From assembly GCF_009914755.1 (NCBI RefSeq), contig NC_060947.1: DNA of 64,000 nt. The stretch is one strand, 5' to 3'. Within the stretch, counting starts at the first letter, position 1. Every line of letters begins with the position of its first letter. Below the pieces are notes generated by a model. That model did no database searches. It was given only the letters and a program-made list of their open reading frames with translations, and was not told where the DNA came from. Shown here piece by piece: positions 47,164 through 61,695 of the stretch. A program made the position numbers and the translations under genes. This DNA comes from the human T2T-CHM13v2.0 reference genome, Homo sapiens.

Positions 47164-47535
47164 TGTTTATTAGCCAATTCTCATATTGCTATAAAGAAAT
47201 ACCCAAGACTGGGTAATCTATAAAGAAAAGAGGTTTAATTGCTTCACAGTTCCACATGGCTGGGAAAGCCTCAGGAAACTTACATTCATGGCAGAAGACA
47301 CCTCTTCACAGGGCAGCAGAAAGAAGAATGAAAGCAGTAGGAGCTACCAAACACTTATAAAACCATCAGCTCTCATGAGAATTCACACACTATCATAAGA
47401 ACAGCATGGGGGAAACTGCCTCCATGATCCAATTAACCCCACCTGGTCTCTCCCTTGACACATGGGGATTATGGGGATTATTAAGATTACAATTTAAGAT
47501 GAGATTTTGGGTGGGGACACAGCCAAACCCTATCA
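47164..47535 (-). mobile_element. THE1/MST MaLR solo LTR
   Basis: ctataaagaaatacc...cacatggctgggaaagcctcaggaaacttac...aaccctatca. Confidence 0.85.
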
Positions 47536-47779
47536 GAGGGCCAGGCCTCTACACCTCCACTGTCCCCAAAAGAAATATGTGATCTTATGCCAAGCCTCTT
47601 TCTTCAACAAAGGCAACTCCCAAAGAGGACTTATAGCTGAGAGCTATCAGCTCACAACATCTGAGCACCTGGGAATAAACACCTCTTTCCTGAAGGCAAG
47701 ATCTTTGGCAGGGAATCTCAACATCCACAAAAATGTATTAATTGAGTAGAAAAGGTTCACCACAACTATAACTTGTTTC

Positions 47780-48560
47780 TAGAACACTCCACTTCTGACA
47801 CCAAATGTATGGGGTTTCCACACCAAGAAATTATCCACTTCTCTGCAGACACCAGTTGGGTGTCCTACAATTTACTCCAGTGCTGACAGTGTTCAGAGTT
47901 AGCACAGACCCCACGGGTTAAGAGCTCAGTCCCACAAGACTGCTCCTCACTCCAGATGCCAGTTGCAAATATTGAGTGCCCAGGATACCCACTCTTCTGT
48001 CCGACTTGGTCACAAATTGGAGGTTCCCACAACTCTCTCCTTAGGTTTGATAATTTGCTATACTGGCTCACTGAACTCAGGGAAACACTTTCCTTACATT
48101 TACCAGTTTATTAAAAAGAAAGGATACCAATGAATAGCCAGATGAAGAGGAACAGAGGACAGGGTCGAGAATGGTCCCGAGTATAGGGGCTTCTGTCTCC
48201 ACGGAGTTAGAGTGCACTGCACTCCCAATAAATGGATGAGTTCGCCAACCCAGAAGGTCTCTAAACCCCATAGTTTAGTGATTTTTATGGTGGCCTCTTC
48301 ATGTAGGCATGATCGATTATTAACTCAATTCCCAATTTTACTCCACTTCTTGAAGAATAGGTGTTGGGCCAAAAGTCCCAAGCTTCTAATCATGGCTTGG
48401 TCATTAACAGCCTCCATCCTGAAGCAATCAAGGAGCCCACCAAGAGTTGCCTCATTAGAACAAAAGACACTCCTATCACCCAGGAAATCCCAAGGGACTT
48501 AGGAGCTCTGTGTCAGAAACTGGGTGCAGAGATCAAATATGTATTTCTTATTATTTGCCA
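47780..48560 (-). mobile_element. MER21-like LTR
   Basis: cacttctgacaccaaatgt...gggtgtcctacaattt...gctcagtcccacaagactg. Confidence 0.75.
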
Positions 48561-49282
48561 GCCGCTTCATTCACCACCTACATAACATAAAACAACCTGG
48601 TTGGCTGCCACTTCAGCCAAAATCAAATCACACAGAGGTGAATGGAAATACATTTTTTTCTGTGGTTTATCCTCTTACTAAATGTGTTCTCAATCCAGCA
48701 TCTTACTAAGATTCTTAGATTTTGAATTCATCTGCATAGCTTAGGCTAAGCTGCATTAAAAAAAATCACAAAGACTCAGTGACTTAACAAAAAAATGCTA
48801 ATTTCTTGATAAAACTGCATGTCCAATTTGGATTGCTGGGAAACCTCTCCTCATTATAGTTACTCCAGAAAAAATGCTGATAGAGGCTCTATCTTTAGCA
48901 GAGAGAAGGGAACTTAGTGAGCACATTTTGTTCACTCAAGCTAACCCTATCTTTAAGTTTCAATTCAATGTTAATTGTATTCATGTCCTCATACTTTATC
49001 TATAACATTATTTCTGTCCCTAACTTTATCTTTAAAACTGTCCCTATATGTAATTCTACCTCTGCTCTTAACTTTATGGTTCCAACCCCTAACCCTAACA
49101 ATTTTCTCTAAATTCTAACATTACCTCTAACTGTGATTCAATTCCAAAACCTACTAGGACATTATATTACAGAGCAGGCAATAACTTACATGAAAGCTGC
49201 TCCTAGACTCTAAAATATTTTGGTATCAATGTATGGTTTTAAGGAGAAGTGTACAGGCCTGTATGTGTCAGGGATATGGGTT

Positions 49283-50315
49283 CTGGTGGGGCTCAGAACA
49301 CAATACCCCAAATTATGGTGCTCAGAAGCAAGGGCCTGAGAAGCAGGAAGTTCTGTCTCACCTTATTCTGCCCTCCTTTCTCCCCCAGTGCAGGTCATAG
49401 AAACTAGAATTCCTCTTCCACAAGGCAGGTCATAGAAACTAGAACTGCTAGTCCCTAAAGCAAGCCATAAAATTTAGAGAGGTCACTCTCTGACTTACCT
49501 CCCCTGAAAGTAGGTATCTTCATTCATTTTGTGCTGCTATAACAGGATACCCGAGACTGGGAGATTTATAAAGAACAAAGATTTATACCTTATAGTCTGG
49601 AAGCTGAGAAATCTAAGATTGAGGGGTCTGCATCTGGCAAGGGCCTTCTTGCTACATTATCCCATGGCTACAGATGGAAGGGCAGGAGAGCACATGAGAG
49701 AGAGACAGACAGAGGGGTGGGGCGGGGAGAGAGAGAGGAAGAGGGCCAAACTCATCCATTTATCAGGAGCCTGTTTCCTTGATAACCAACCCAGTCCCAC
49801 GTTAACAGCATTCATCCATACATGAGGGCAGAGCCCTCATGACCTAATCTCCTGTTAAAGGTCCTACTTCTCAATACTGTTGCATTGGGGATTAAATTCT
49901 TCACACATGAACTTTGGGGGACATGTTCAAACCACAGCAGTAGGCCATAAGACCCACATTCCAGAGGGGTCCTGCCCCATACCCAGGAAAGAAGAAATGC
50001 TACACAAGGAGGTTAAGAAGAATCTAAACAAATACGTCTTGCTAAGTCCCTCCCAGTTTGTTACCACTAGATCATACCCTTTTTGTCCAATCACATTTCT
50101 ACACTATGGTCCATTCTTCATTGAATTTAAGCATAAAAATAGAGTTTTCCTTGGTTCTTTGGGTCTTCATTTCTAAAGGCTCCCATGTCATGTAATATTT
50201 TGATTGAAAAATCTGTTGTACTTTTCACTTGTTAATCTGTTTTTTGTCATAGGAGTATTGTCCGTGGACCTGGCCATGGATGAGGAAAAGGTATTACACA
50301 TTTTAGCTTCTACAG
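49283..50315 (+). mobile_element. MER39-like LTR with nested MST LTR (49515-49939, TSD gtagg)
   Basis: tggtggggctcagaacacaaatacccc start; gtagg at 49510-49514 and 49940-49944. Confidence 0.7.
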
Positions 50316-50783
50316 TTCTCAGTAAATCCTTAAAATGTAGGCCTACTCCAGTTTCAGTTATCTCCAGACCCCATCATTAAGCACTTGCCTGCTAACACTC
50401 ATTCCTTTCCTCTTTTTGATCTGTAGCATTGAGATTTTTCTTTTTTATCTTTTTTCAGTTTTACAATATTTTATTTTTTGACAATAATACAATCAATTTT
50501 ACAGGGAAGCAATACATGATAATGTTTTATTTGAGTTACTTTTTATTTTTTAACAGTTTTATTGTGGCATGATCTACATGTCTGGGCCTGGTAGTAGGAG
50601 TGAGGTTTGGCAGCAAACGGGCATGAGGAGGTTTTGGGGGTGATGGAAATGTTCTAAAACTGGATTGTGGTGATGCTAGTATAACTCTATCAATATACTA
50701 AAAAGTATTGAATTACACACTTACAATAAATGTCTGCATTACTTAGAGTGGGTGCTCTGTGAACAATGCATTCAAGTAGGTAC

Positions 50784-51437
50784 TGTATTAGTCAGGGTTC
50801 TCTAGAGGGGAGAGGACTAATAGGATTGATGCCTATGTGAAGGGGAGCTTATTATGGAGTATTACCTCACAGGATCACAAGGTGAAATCCCACAAAAGGC
50901 TGTCTGTAAGCTGAAGAGCAAGAAAGCCAGTGGTGGATCAGTCCAAGTCCCAAAACTTCAAAAGTAGGGAAGCTGACAGTGCAGACTTCAGTCTGTGGCC
51001 AAAGGTCCGAGAGCCTCTGGCAAACCACTGGTGTAAGTCCAAGAGTACAAAAACTGAAGAACTTGGAGTCTGATGTTCAAGAATAGGAAGCATCCAGCAT
51101 GGGAGAAAGATGAAGGCCGGAAGACTCAACAAGTGCTCTTCCATTTTCTCCTGACTGCTTTATTCTAGCCATACTGGCAGCTGATTAGATGGTGCCCACC
51201 CAGATTGAGGGTAACTCTGCCTCTCCCAGTCCACTGACTCAAATGTTCATCTCCTTTGGTGACACCCCCACATACACACCCAGGAACGATACTTTGCAAT
51301 CTTTAATCCAATCAAGTTGATACTCTATATTAACCATCACAATCATCTCCTTTGGCAACACCCCCACATACACACCCAGGAATCATACTTTGCAACCTTT
51401 AATCCAATCTAGTTGACACTCTATATTACCCATCACA
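50784..51437 (-). mobile_element. MLT2A-like LTR with duplicated terminus
   Basis: tgtattagtcagggttctctagag...taaccatcaca, end segment present twice. Confidence 0.85.
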
Positions 51438-51686
51438 AATACTGAATTGAAGATACCACCACAGTGATTTTGGCAACCTCTGGGCAAACCACTGCCTATG
51501 TTGCTACTGGAACTTCTGGACAGCTTAGATCTCTTATCTAGGTAAAAACTAGGACTTTAGCAATTCTACTGGTTTCTCCAGAATACTTTTACATTTTTAC
51601 ACTACCATTGCTGTACTGTAGCCTACAGGGGTTTTGGAATAAGCTAATCCACCCGGCTACCTCCTGATTCTGATGTCCCTCTTCAG

Positions 51687-52008
51687 AAATGGAAAGAGGT
51701 TTATTGACTCACAATTCAGCATGGCTGGGGAGGCCTCAGGAAACTTACAATCGTGGTGGAAAGGGAAGCAAACACATCCTTTTTCACATGGCCGCAGGGA
51801 GGAGAAGTGCAGAGTGAAGGGGAAAAAAGCCCATTATAAAACCATCAGATCTCACGAGAACTCACTCACTCTCACAAGAACAGCATGGGGGGACTCCCTC
51901 CATGATTTAATCACCTTCTACGAGGTCCCTCCCCCAACACATGTGGATTACAATTTGGATTACAATTCAATATGCAATTTCGGTGGAGATTCAGAGCCAG
52001 ACCATATC
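51687..52008 (-). mobile_element. THE1 LTR (partial)
   Basis: ggctggggaggcctcaggaaacttacaatc...ccagaccatatca. Confidence 0.8.
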
Positions 52009-53841
52009 AAATGGTCTGTATTATTTTTTCATGTCTCATCCTTTTGTTCACAATATTCATTTATACTTCCCATTTTTTATTAGTGCTGGCATAATTTCTC
52101 AAACTAGACTTTGATTTACTGATTTTATATTCTGAAATATCCAACATGTTATTAATTGAGTATATTTTTAAATGTATATTTTTTATTTTATTTTTTATCT
52201 GAATGTCATTATTTCTGATTTCAAATTGCTTCCTTTTTATGGATGCAATGTCCTCTTATTCTCTTTAAATGTGCTACTCTTTTGGTTAAAATTGTTATTA
52301 TTTTTGTTAGTGTACTGGTTACAAAGTTGCATCAATTTTGAATCATCTGTACCTATCTTAGTTTCCAATAAGCCTTTTTTATTTTTAGTGAAAGATTGTG
52401 TAGTATGTGAGCTTTACATTTCTGGGATGCATATATCACATTATATCAAAATATGTACCATGTAATTTAATTTTACTAGATTTAGGAGGGATCTGTAACC
52501 CTAAGGATTCACACAACAGGGACAGTCTCTAGTACTCTCAATGGTTTCTTTTTACTAAGTTTTCTGTGATAGCCCTAAGTTATAGCCCTAAGTTATCTGG
52601 AACATCACCTAGGGCCACCAAGTTGTGTGACTCTGGCAGTGTAAGTGAATGGCATATCCTGTAGTTGTGCAAGGCAAAATCCACTCAGCTTTGTGTGATG
52701 GCTATGGTACTATACCTCCTAATTAATTGGCATACTTGTTTTCATTAAAAATCCACTGTATGTAAGGGTCCTACTTTAGTTATTACGCATTCCCATAGCT
52801 GAGTATCTTGCCAAAATCCGGAATGCCCCCTATTTTATGTTAGGCTCCACCTAGTTCATTGACTGTTTATAAAATGAATCAGATAAAAATTTCAAAACAC
52901 GAAGAAACAGAGCCATCAAAGAGTTTTTATACATCTCCCTTTATTTTTTACCTAATAGAATATTAATGATTAGATATTCCTTTCAATACTTTTCAAATCT
53001 CTGTTAGTGAGGTTTCTTTCCTTTATTTCCCCAGAAGTTGTAATAGTTTCCTATGTCCTCCAAATTGAAGGAACTGATAAGGAGAAAGACAAGCCCAAAG
53101 TCAAGCTTCATAGACATATGCTGGTAACTGCTTTGAAGGAATAAAGTCTTCTGATCTTGACTTTTTTAGCCTTTCCTGAGGCAGGATTAATGGACAATAA
53201 GAACATTCAATTTTTGCATTTTACATTTCATCTCTTTTTAAGGCACGGAAAGGCAGATATTTTTTCCTATTCTATAATAGAACCATGAAAAAGTTGTATG
53301 CATACATGAGTTCTAGACAACAAGATATTTAAGAATTTTGCTGATTAATATATGCATCCAGTTCCTGCCCTTGGGTCACAACATGTGTAAGTCATCTCTT
53401 GGGATCTAATGGTCAGAGACTTCTGGTATTATGTTTTAGGAGTACTAGTCACAGTTTATAAATCCCTTCTCTTTCTGGGAGAAAGATTGACTTCTACATG
53501 GCCAACTTTCAAAAACTCTTGGCCTCTAAGCAGTATTATCTAAGGGTTTTCTGAAAGGTTTTAAGTGTTAGAGTGAAGGATGTGGCCAACTCCTTAGTAT
53601 GCTGATGCTGGTTGAGTTTTCCATCCATCCTTCCCAACCAATTCCCTCCAAGTGTTTTCCTGTCCCTGGAATTGCCTTCTTTGTGGATTTTTCCTATGCA
53701 TATTTGGGATATCAAGGTGATAACAATGCCCCTATACTTGGTCCCATATTTTATATAACTTTCAGAAATTTGAGGTTACTGTTGGCAATGTTCCCTACTT
53801 TCTAGCACTTATCCAGAATTTGCACAAATTATTATATTTCT

Positions 53842-54285
53842 TGATATGGTTTTGATCTGAGTCCCCGCCCAAATCTCCTCTTGAATTGTAATCCCCAATG
53901 TCGGAAGCAGAGGCTGGTGGAAAGTAATAGAATCATGGGGGCAGTTTCTCACGAATGGTTTAGCACCATCCCTCTTGGTGCTGTTCTCGTGATAGTGAGA
54001 GAGTTCTCATGAGATTTGGTTGTTTAAAAGTGTGTAGCACCTCTCTCTCTTTCTCTCTCTCTCTCTATCTATCTATGTTGCTGCTCCAGCCATGTGTCAT
54101 GCCGGCTCCTCCTTTGTCTTCCACCATAATTGTAAGTTTCCTGAAGCCTCCCCAGAAGCTGAGCAGATGCCAACATCATGCTTCCTGAATAGCCTGGAGA
54201 ACCAGTAGCCAATTAAACCTCTTTCCTTTATAAAGTACTCAGTGTCGGGTATTTCTTTATAGCAATGTAAGAATGGCCTAATACA
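53842..54285 (+). mobile_element. MSTB-like LTR with internal (CT)n
   Basis: tgatatggttttgatctg...ggcctaataca. Confidence 0.85.
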
Positions 54286-55533
54286 TTCCTTTGAAAAGAA
54301 TTGGGGAGGAAAAATGTATTAAATATGTGGGATATAATTGTGCACAAGAAGTTCTATATGGTTTTTATTAGAGCTACCACAGGTAGAGTCCACAAGAAAT
54401 AAACTACAGAAATTAAAATTACTAAATAGTACATTTTGTAAATACACTATATTCGAAATATATTCATGTCAATCAAATTTCAATACCATTGGGAAAAAAA
54501 CACAACAAAATGTTATATATTTGATTATATTCTGTATTATCATAAAAAACAATTATACCAGTTATAAGAAATGTATTGATACCTTTTTAGATAAGCACGA
54601 TAAATATCACCCACTTTAAAATACTGTTATAGAGATGAAATAAGAAAAAAAAATAAGTCTAGGACTACGCAGTCATAAATTTTGAACACAAATGATTACA
54701 TTTTACTCATTCTTTATGTCACTAATAAATTAATTTCTTATTATGCAAAGTTGACAATTCAAAATAGAATTATTAAAACATATTTGATGTGATTAACAGC
54801 ATATGTTTGGTACTTCCTTTATCCACTGAACTATTGGAATTCCTGGAAGAGTTTGTCTGAATTATCTTCAAACTACTTTAAGACTTTCACTGACAACGAA
54901 AAATTGATGATAATAACCTCTGTAGCTGTCCAAACATCTTCCACATGAGGCTTTAGGAAAGTTGATAGAAACAAGTAACAATTCATACTTAATATTGCAA
55001 GCATATTGTTATATAATCAGATCCATCATACAGCAGGCCTGAAACACTCCAGTGCATGCTAATGATCAAGTTCTCACAAACATTGCAGCTACATATTTTA
55101 TGAGGTGACACAGCTTCATACTGGACAGAGTTTACATAATTGACTTAACTCCATAAACAACGAGACTGCATCTAAACAGTGTTCTTGACACAGCTTAGCC
55201 CATTACCCTTGATTCCACTAAGATTCACAGGCCTGCTGCTGAAGAGCCTAAGTGCCCTGAGGGGTCTATAGGGCTTGTGGGGAACTTTTCAGGTGTGAAC
55301 TGCCCTAGAAACGCTCTCTCTGACTACCAATTTCCCCTTAGAAACTACTCCCTGGTATTTTAAGCAAGGTGTTTATTTTATACTTAACAGGACAAATCTG
55401 AGTACAGTCAGCTTTTTTTAAAAACCTCAAATGTAGCTTAAACTCAATACAGCAGTTCCTTGCACAACATCATTTTGTTCAACATGGTTTCTTTATAACA
55501 TCGATACAGAAAAAAATCAATTCCCAGATGAGG

Positions 55534-55894
55534 TGTATTAGTTTGTATTCACACTGCTGAAAGAATACCTGAGAATGGGTAATTTATAAAGGAAACAGGT
55601 TTAATTGACTCACAGTTCCACATGGCTGGGGAGGCCTCAGGAAACTTACAATCATGGTGGAAGGGGAAGCAAGGACCTTTTTCATAGGGCAGCAGGAGAG
55701 AGAAGAGAAAGCAAAGAGGGAAGAGCACCTTATAAGGCTATCAGATCTCATGAAAACTCATTCGCTATCACGAGAACAGCATGGCAGAAACCACCCCCAT
55801 GATCCAATCACTTCCCACCACTTCCTTCCCTTGACACATGAGGATTAAAATTCAAGATGAGATTTGGGTGGAGACGCAGAGCCGAACAATATCA
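55534..55894 (-). mobile_element. THE1 solo LTR
   Basis: tgtattagttt...gaacaatatca. Confidence 0.85.
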
Positions 55895-56194
55895 TGTGAC
55901 CACAGTCTGTGTTGAGTTTGCACATTCTCCCTGTGTCTACATGGGTTTTCTCATGTACTCCAGTTTCCTCCCACATCCCAAAGCTGTGCATGTTATATGA
56001 ATTGTCATGTCCTCAAGTTCCATTGTGAGTGTGAGTGCATGTGTGTGTGAGTGTGCCCTGTGATGGGATGGCAGCCTGTCCAGGGTCAGTTCTTGCCTTA
56101 GGCCTTGAGCTTCCAGGAGAGGTTCTACCCACTCAAGACCCTGAACTGGAATAATTAGGTAATTATTGTACTCAATTTCATTAATCTTTTTTAG

Positions 56195-56527
<333 letters not shown>

Positions 56528-56734
56528 TATTTCGATGTTTAATATTAGAAGTGTTTGAGATCTTTATTTAGAAGTTTGGTGATGTTTATTTGCGACCAGA
56601 AACATGCCATAGGAAATTAACTCTTGTTTATATCAATTAGCCTATGGTAAATCTGGTTTCTTTACACATCATTTCACTTAAAGTTGCCATTTCCAAGAAC
56701 CTATGGATGACATTAAATGAGGACTTACTCTAGT

Positions 56735-57330
56735 AGTTCATTAATTTATTATTTTATTATGGGGATATTTGTTGAACAACTACTATTTGCTAGGCACTTA
56801 TTTAGGTACTGGAAATAGAGTGTGAGCAAACAGATCAAAAAATCCCTGGACTCATAGAGCTTTCATCCCATTGGGAGGGGAAATATTTTTAACTAAGTTA
56901 TACAATGTGTTATATGATAAGCATGAGTACTATGAAAAAATTTAAGAGGACTATAGAGGGTTGTGGTGAAGGGGTACAATTTTAAGTAGGGTGACACTCT
57001 TTGTAAGGTCAGCAAAAGCCTCACTGAGAAAGCAATATTTGAATAAAGACTCGATGGAGGTGAGGAATGATCTGTGGGGATATCCTGGGGGAGCATCATT
57101 ACAAGCAGAAGATATAAGAAAAGCAAGGACCCCAAAAGAGGACTGCATCTGAGGTGTTTGAGCATAGCAAAAAAGATGGTATGACTGGTACACAGTGGGC
57201 CAGAGGGAAGCTAAGAGGAGATAAAGTCAGAGAGGTAACAGAAGACCTAATCATGCAAAACCTGAAAAGACATTGGCTTTCAGTCTGAGTGAGATGAAGA
57301 GCCTTTGCAGAGCCATTATAGAAGCTTAGA
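56735..57330 (-). mobile_element. L2 3' region
   Basis: tatttgttgaacaactactatttgctaggcact...ctcactgagaaagcaatatttgaataaagac. Confidence 0.75.
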
Positions 57331-59389
57331 CACCTGCCTTTTTGTGTATTCCTCAACACATACCTTCACAAAAGACCCTGTATTCATAATGTAACCCTGT
57401 ATATGTTAGTTCTTATCTACCTGTAATTACTATGTATGGTCATAGCACTTTCTTATGGTAGCAAAATGGTTATGGGAAATAGACTTTTAAAAGTCAGTTT
57501 GATACAAGGCAATCCTAAGATAGGGGCATCTGAATTTCAAGAATGAAGAGAGAGAAGCAGAAGTTAAAAGTAGGCATACCATCAAGAGATTAGGATGAAA
57601 TATAGGAATTAGAAACTGGGGCTTTAATCCCTATCTGAAGAAATAATCTCCAATCACCAAATGAAGTTAGAACTGGATTCTCATCCTGTTGCTAAGTAAA
57701 AGTCTGCTCTCTCACTGACAGAATATTGAAACTCACTTGCCTAGGGTCACAGCCAAAACTGAGCTGCTCACCTCAAGCCACAGGCAGATAAAACATGTCC
57801 TCCTCAACATACTGAAATGCCAGTTATCGAGGGTGTAATTTCCAAATTTTCTGTGATATGAGTAGGATGGAAACCACGAAATGACAGACTAACAAAAAAG
57901 TATTGAATTCTGTCAGAGCAAGACAAAAATAACCAGAGAAGCATTTCAAGAACACCCACAGAAGAGAAAAATTTCTAATGATAAGTTCGAAGGCAAAAAT
58001 TATAAAACATATACACCATGAATAACCAAGAGACAGATAGAAAATCAATAATGAGGAGAAATTACACAAGGATCTACAAATAGTAGAGCAGTATGAAAGC
58101 AACTATAGAATGGGTGTGTTTATTTTTTTAGAAGATTTAGGAATAAGATTTATAAACATAAAAACAAGAGAATATGAAGTAAAAATAGACATGTAAAAGA
58201 ACCAAGTAGAATCTTAGGAATAGAAAATATAGTCACTGAAAAAAAAAACAGTGCAGATAAACCATAGACTAGACTTAAATGAAAAGACTATTAGTGATTG
58301 GCCAATTTATCAATTTCCCTAAGATAGTGGAGAGGAGTAAACAAATGGGAATTAGGTAAGAAAAGACAGAGTATGGATTGACTGGCTCCAAGATGTAGTT
58401 AAAAAAAATTCGGAAGGAACAAATACACAGAATGAGATAGAAGTATTTTTTAAAATGATAATAGCAGAGAATTTTCAATAAACTGATGAAAGATATCCTT
58501 ATGGTAAAATGATTTACTGGGTGACAAGGCCGAATATAAAAATATATCCAGAGCTACTAAGGTACTATATTGATAAAGTTCTCATCAATAATTAGTAATT
58601 AAGTAAGATAAAAATATTTTGGTAAAATAAATTTAAGTCAAGAACTAAGTGAAATAAATTTAAAACCACAGAAAGATTTAATGGTTGAAGAATTTTTTTC
58701 AATAAATTGTGCTAGAGCTATTGGACATACATAGGGAGAAAGCAAATCTCAACTGAAATCTCAAATGTTATACAAAACTTGACTTAAAATGGACCATAGA
58801 TCTAAATGTAAAACATAAAACTACAAAATATATATGAGTTGTGAGGCTTAAAGGGTATAGTCTAAACTTTGATTAATAAAATTATTTTTATCAATTATAA
58901 TAAAAAACTATTATTCTATACATTCTGTAGCAAAATATATTACAAAATTATTGACATATAAAGAGGTTTTCAAAAATACAGAGCCAAAAATGTACAGCAC
59001 AAAAGTATTATAGAACTGTGTTCATCTGTGAATAGGAATGTACATAGAGATTAATATAGATATATAACTGCTCTAGATTACATGACGTTTCCATGTCAGC
59101 TTTTTAAAATTTGTAATTTGTTGTCATTTCTTTTATTGTTCTAAATAAATATTTAGTTGTGTACCAAATTTTAATTTGTAATTTTGTATTCTGTTTTTTA
59201 AATGGGGGCACGCAAATTGTTTATGCCTCAAGCCCCACAAAATCTGGATCTGTCTTTGGGCTGAACAGACACAGAGAGTATAGGAGCTCTGACATCTGTG
59301 CTGAGGAAATACTTCTCTGGATAGCTTCCTGCTCCTCTATAAAACTGTTTTCCCAACATGATTTCTAAGAATGTGAAATGTGAAGGAAT

Positions 59390-59915
59390 TGACACAAGAG
59401 AAGCCAAATTCTGCCAATATATTTAAAGAGGTTTATTCTGACCCAGTATGAGTGATCATAGCCTGGGGAAACACAGTCTCCAGAGGTCCCGAGAAAGTGC
59501 ACCCGAGCCAGTTGGGTTACAGTTTGGTTTCATACATTTCAGGGACACAGAAATTGCAGGTAAAATTATAAATCAATACATAGAAGGCAAACATTGGTTT
59601 GGCCCAAATAGGCAGGACATCTCAAAATGGGAGCTTACAAGTCATAGGTGGGTTTAGGAATTCTTTAGTTGGCAATTGGTTGAAAGAGTTAAGCTTTGTC
59701 TAAAAATTTGGAGTCAGCAGAAAGGAATGTTGAAGTTAAGATAAGGGGATCTGCTGTTATGCAAAGCCATACCAGAGTCAGGCTGGAAAGTAAGCCACAT
59801 TGAGCTGGTTCAAAAAAGACCTGTTTAATAACATTTTATGGTTTGTAAGGCATGACTCCCCAGGCCCCTTAGGAAAGAATTTGAATGTAGAAAAAAAATC
59901 AGAGTTTAGTACTCA
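59390..59915 (-). mobile_element. MER4-family LTR
   Basis: gaggtttattctgacc...ggtttcatacatttcaggg...gcttacaagtcataggt. Confidence 0.7.
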
Positions 59916-60295
59916 GAGTAAACTACTTGCTTTAAAGCTCTTTCCCCAAAGATAAATTTTTTTCATATGTTTTTAGAATTCATTGGGAGAAGTCACTTTC
60001 AGGGGAAAAACACTTATAACATGTGTCTTTAAATTGCCCCTATTGTTTTTCTGAATTTTCTGTCATTCTTTGACTATGGGAAAAGGGCTGTGCTCTGATT
60101 AATTTCCTTAATCTGTACAATAATGAATTTGAATTATTAAGCATCATGGATAACAAAGATATATATTTTTAGCAAGACCTTATTTTTATTTCTGCCTATC
60201 TGATAAAATGGACTAAGAAAACTGTTTGCCAGATGTTTTTTAAATTGCAACCTGCACATCACCTCCCCCATAAAACCAAGCTCTACACTTCCTAT

Positions 60296-60997
60296 TGTTA
60301 GGGTCGGTAGCTAGTCAGACATGAGCAGGGCAGGAGAGGGCTCCCTCCAACACACCAGGAATGTCAGGCGACCATCAGGTGATGGTCAGGCAGTTTTCAC
60401 ATTGTTTCTCTAAAATAATAATTGGTCACAGCCGCCACGGAAAGGCAGTTAGAAACACCTGAAACTGGTGATTAGCAGCTTCCCAATAAGATCTTATCTT
60501 CCCAATAAGTTGGGAAAGTGGGCTCAAGCATGCCCATTAAGAGGCAAAATGGCAAAGTTTAACTGGTACATGACCTTCCAGGGACATTCCACTGGTAAGG
60601 GAATAATGCCTCAAGTGAGCATGCATACAACTCCAGTGAACACGCTGTGCATGCTCCCCTCCCAAGTGCTAACAGTCACTGTTCATGCAGACAGCCCACC
60701 CCAAGGAAAGAATCAGGAGAGAAGGGATGCAAGACCCCAGAAGTATGCCAGCATATAAAACCGTAAGGCAAAAGTCAAATGGGGCACTTGTCTTCCAAGT
60801 CGTTCACCTGGCCCTCTTCCAAGTGTACTTTCTTTCCTTTTGTTCCTGGTCTAAAGCTTTTTAATAAACTTTCACTCCCACTCTAAAACTTGCCTTGGTC
60901 TCTCCTTCTGCTTTATGCCTCCTCAATCGAATTCTTTCTTCTGAGGAGACAAGAATTGAGGTTGCTGCAGGCCCATAGGGATTCACCACCCACAACA
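60296..60997 (+). mobile_element. MER50-like ERV1 solo LTR, TSD ctat
   Basis: TG...CA ends, TATAAAA ~60754, AATAAA ~60863; ctat at 60292-60295 and 60998-61001. Confidence 0.8.
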
Positions 60998-61695
60998 CTA
61001 TCTTTCTTCCTCACTTTCTTTTTTCCATAGCACTTATCACCAGTAGAATAAAACATATATTATTTACCAATTTATTTTATTGTCTAATTCCTCTGTAGGG
61101 GGATAAGGGAAAGTACAGCTGAATATGGAGCCAACAAGTCTCCATACCCCACCCCACTAGTATGTAAGCTACTTGAGGACAAGGAAACTTCTTCTCTGTT
61201 TTACTGCTGTACCTGCAGTGCTCAGAAGAGAGCTTGGCACAGGGAAGAAGCTTAGTAAATATTTATAAAATAAATGGATGAATTAGTTTTTGTGAAGATG
61301 GATTTAATTTTAATGTTGTTTTCTTGAATTTGTGATATCCAATATCATTTAAGAATCCAGATATTTACCATTAAATAGAGAAATGAATACTTAGATCTTA
61401 TCCACGAGTTTACAGACTTCTGGAATTTTGTCTTATATTTGTTTTTACTTCTTCATTATCAGCTCTGAATCCCAATCCAGTAATATGTTTTTCTCAGTTT
61501 CTCAATATGCTCATAAAAGAAGCAAATAATAGTGTTTTTATCCTATTTATTACTATAATAAACATTCACTTACTTGTAGGTAGTTGTTCTCGGCAAAAAT
61601 AAATGAAGTACTAATGCATGACTTGCTCAAAGGAAAAATGTTTTTAGAAGCAGCTCCTTAGGTGTGCAAATTACAAATAAACAAGCATTGTTATT

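Noticed and set aside
49390-49444. 20-bp direct repeat gcaggtcatagaaactagaa with spacer (CRISPR-like look)
   Set aside because: Only two copies, internal to an LTR in a primate genome.
52569-52594. 13-bp tandem duplication atagccctaagtt
   Set aside because: Ordinary slippage micro-duplication.
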